Below, piece after piece: positions 61,788-64,000 of a DNA stretch of 64,000 nt (its first letter is position 1; every line of letters begins with the position of its first letter). The notes below the pieces were generated by a model. It was not told the origin of the DNA, did not search any database, and saw nothing but the letters and a program-made list of their open reading frames with translations. Both the position numbers and the translations under genes were made by a program. This DNA is from Okamejei kenojei (Eukaryota), in assembly GCA_035221665.1 (NCBI GenBank), contig CM069131.1:75454001-75518000 (forward strand). The letters are read 5' to 3'.

Positions 61788-61890
61788 AATCAGTCTGAAG
61801 AAGGGTCTTGATCCGAAATGTCACCCCTTCCTTCTCTCCAGAGATGCTGCCTGTCCTGCTTAGTTACTCCAGCATTTTGTCTCTATCTTC
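61788..61890 (+). mobile_element. Penelope hammerhead mini-element (older subfamily)
   Basis: CTGAAGAAGGGTCTTGATCCGAAATGTC at 61795-61822; imperfect TSD tgaata(g)atgtt. Confidence 0.7.
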
Positions 61891-62144
61891 TGAATAATGT
61901 TGTTTGGGCTGTGAGTCTATTTATTGGTTAACAACTTCAAGTAAGGTACTCAGGAACTGCATTTCAATTATGGCATTTTGGAGCTCATTAATTATCTCAC
62001 AGATATAAAGCTATCAAAATCTGTAAACATGCATTTGCAAACAAGATAGAATAAAGTTGATTTACAATGTTAACAGGAAAACAAAGGAAGCCTAAAAATG
62101 AAAATGAGCTTTGAACATGTCTTGTTAGAAGAGTGTTCTCATAC

Positions 62145-62334
62145 CTTTCAGACAACTCATCTGGTCCTGGATGTGTTTTAGGTCAGTTGCAAGCTCTTCC
62201 TTTTCCTGCAACAATTCTCCCAGCTCAGACATTTGTTCAGTTGCAGAATTTACCATCTTAATTTTCTCCCGTTCCAACTCACTGAGATGAGCCTGCAGCT
62301 CTTGCATTTTTATATCTTTGTGCTCCAATTCAGT
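62145..62334 (-). CDS. CCDC158: CCDC158 exon (most 5' exon in the window; the gene continues beyond 64000)
   Basis: TELEHKDIKMQELQAHLSELEREKIKMVNSATEQ... coiled coil; G|GTATGA donor; phase 0-1. Confidence 0.9.
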
Positions 62335-62492
62335 CTAGTACAAACGGCAGTCACTGATAAATTAGATTAATGCAAAGTGACATGCATTATCAAATGACCG
62401 TGGACGTGTGTGCACACTTCCATCCGTTTTTAACATGCGAACAGTAAATAAGATAAATTCATCACATTTCCAGCAACTGTTTTTAGAAGATA

Positions 62493-64000
62493 CAGTAGCT
62501 TGCAAAAGTATTCATACCCCTTGAACTTTTCCACATTTTGTCACATTACAACCACAAACGTAAATGTATTTTATTGGGATTTTATGTGATAGACCAACAC
62601 AAAGTGGTGCATAATTGTGAAGTGGAAGGAAAATGATACATGGTTTTCAAATCTTTTTACAAATAAAAAACTGAAAAGTGTGGCGTGCAAAGGTATTCAG
62701 TCCCCTTTACTCTGATACCCCTAAATAAAATACAGTGCAACCAATTGCCTTCAGAAGTCACCTAATTAGTAAATAGAGTCCACTTCTGTGTAATCTAATC
62801 TCAGTATAAATACAGCTGTTCTGTGAAGGCCTTAGACGTTTGTTAGAGAACATTAGTGAACAAACAGCATCATGAAGCCCAAGGAACACACCAGACAGGT
62901 CAGGGATAAAGTTGTGGAGAAGTTTAAAGCAGGGTTAGGTTATAAAAAAATATCCCAAGCTTTGAACATCTCACGGAGCACTGTTCAATCCATCATCCGA
63001 AAATGGAAAGAGTATGGCACAATTGCAAACCTACCAAGACATGGCCGTCCACCTAAACTGACAGGCCGGGCAAAGAGAGCATAGATCAGAGAAGCAGCCA
63101 AGACGCCCATGGTAACTCTGGAGGTGCTGCAGAGATCCCCAGCTCAGGTGGGAGAATCTGTCCACAGGACAACTCTTAGTTGTGCACTCCATGAATCGGG
63201 CCTTTATGGAAGAGTGGCAAGAAGAAAGCCATTGTTGAAACAAAGCCATAAGAAGTCCCGTTTGCAGTTTGCCACAAGCCATGTGGGGGACACAGCAAAC
63301 ATGTGGAGGAAGGTGCTCTGGTCTGATGAGACCAAAATTGAAGTTTTTGGCCTAAATTCAAAACGCTATGTGTGGCGGGAAACTAACACTGCACATCACC
63401 CTGAACACACCATCCCCACTGTGAAACATGGTGGTGGCAGCATCATGCTGTGGGGATGCTTTTCTTCAGCAGGGACAGGGAAGCTGGTCAGAGTTAATGG
63501 GAAGATGGATGGAGCCAAATACAGGGCAATCTTGGAAGAAAACCTATTAAAGTCTGCAAAAGACTTGAGACTGGGGCGGAGGTTCACCTTCCAGCAGGAC
63601 AACGACCCTAAACATACAGCCAGAGCTACAATGGAATGGTTTAGATCAAGGCATATTCATGGTTAGAATCGCCCAGTCAAAGTCCAGACCTAAATCCAAT
63701 TGAGAATCTCTGGCAAGACTTGAGAATTGCTGTTCACAGACGCTCTCTATCCAATCTGACTGAGCTTGAGCTATTTTGCAAAGAAGAATGGGCAAAAATT
63801 TCAGTCTCTAGATGTGCAAAGCTGGTAGAGACATACCCCAAAAGACTTGCAGCTGTAATTGCAGCGAAAGGTGGTTCTACAAAGTATTGACTCGGGGGGG
63901 GGGGGGGGGGGGGGGGGGCTGAATACTTTTGCACGCCACACTTTTCAGTTTTTTATTTGTAATAAAATTTGGAAACTATGTATCATTTTCCTTCCACTTC
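62493..64000 (+). mobile_element. Second Passport-like Tc1 DD34E transposon; right TIR runs off the window
   Basis: TA|CAGTAGCTTGCAAAAG start. Transposase 62872-63890 has a TAG at 63082-84 and a frameshift near 63661. DETK, QDND and NPIE motifs are present. Confidence 0.95.

Noticed and set aside
78-61822. Dispersed ~28-nt palindromic repeat as a CRISPR-like array
   Set aside because: The context is eukaryotic, the copies are dispersed with no spacers, and Penelope pLTR hammerheads explain them.

Overview
Repeat-rich vertebrate genomic DNA. The mix of CR1 LINEs, V-SINE/HE1-type SINEs, Rex1/Babar and Penelope elements points to a cartilaginous fish, probably a skate or ray (inference). Two convergent host genes can be built exon by exon with consistent splice phases. 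STBD1 is complete on the + strand (13728-13992 joined to 17202-18130, 397 aa, N-terminal membrane anchor and C-terminal CBM20). The 3' half of CCDC158 lies on the - strand (12 coding exons, from 62334 down to the stop at 25208). Most of the rest is transposon-derived: many CR1 fragments, Rex1/Babar, RTE, a Hero-like RLE element, a Daphne/L2-like LINE, two Passport-like IR/DR Tc1 copies, a hAT-Charlie MITE, V-SINEs and a solo LTR with two CTCF-like motifs. The most striking non-coding signal is a Penelope-like family carrying a minimal hammerhead ribozyme motif (CTGAAGA-stem II-GAAACGTC). It occurs as a GIY-YIG-coding parent, as ~95-nt solo inserts with target-site duplications (TSDs) and as fold-back inserts. 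One fold-back forms a ~170-bp hairpin in the predicted STBD1 3' UTR.
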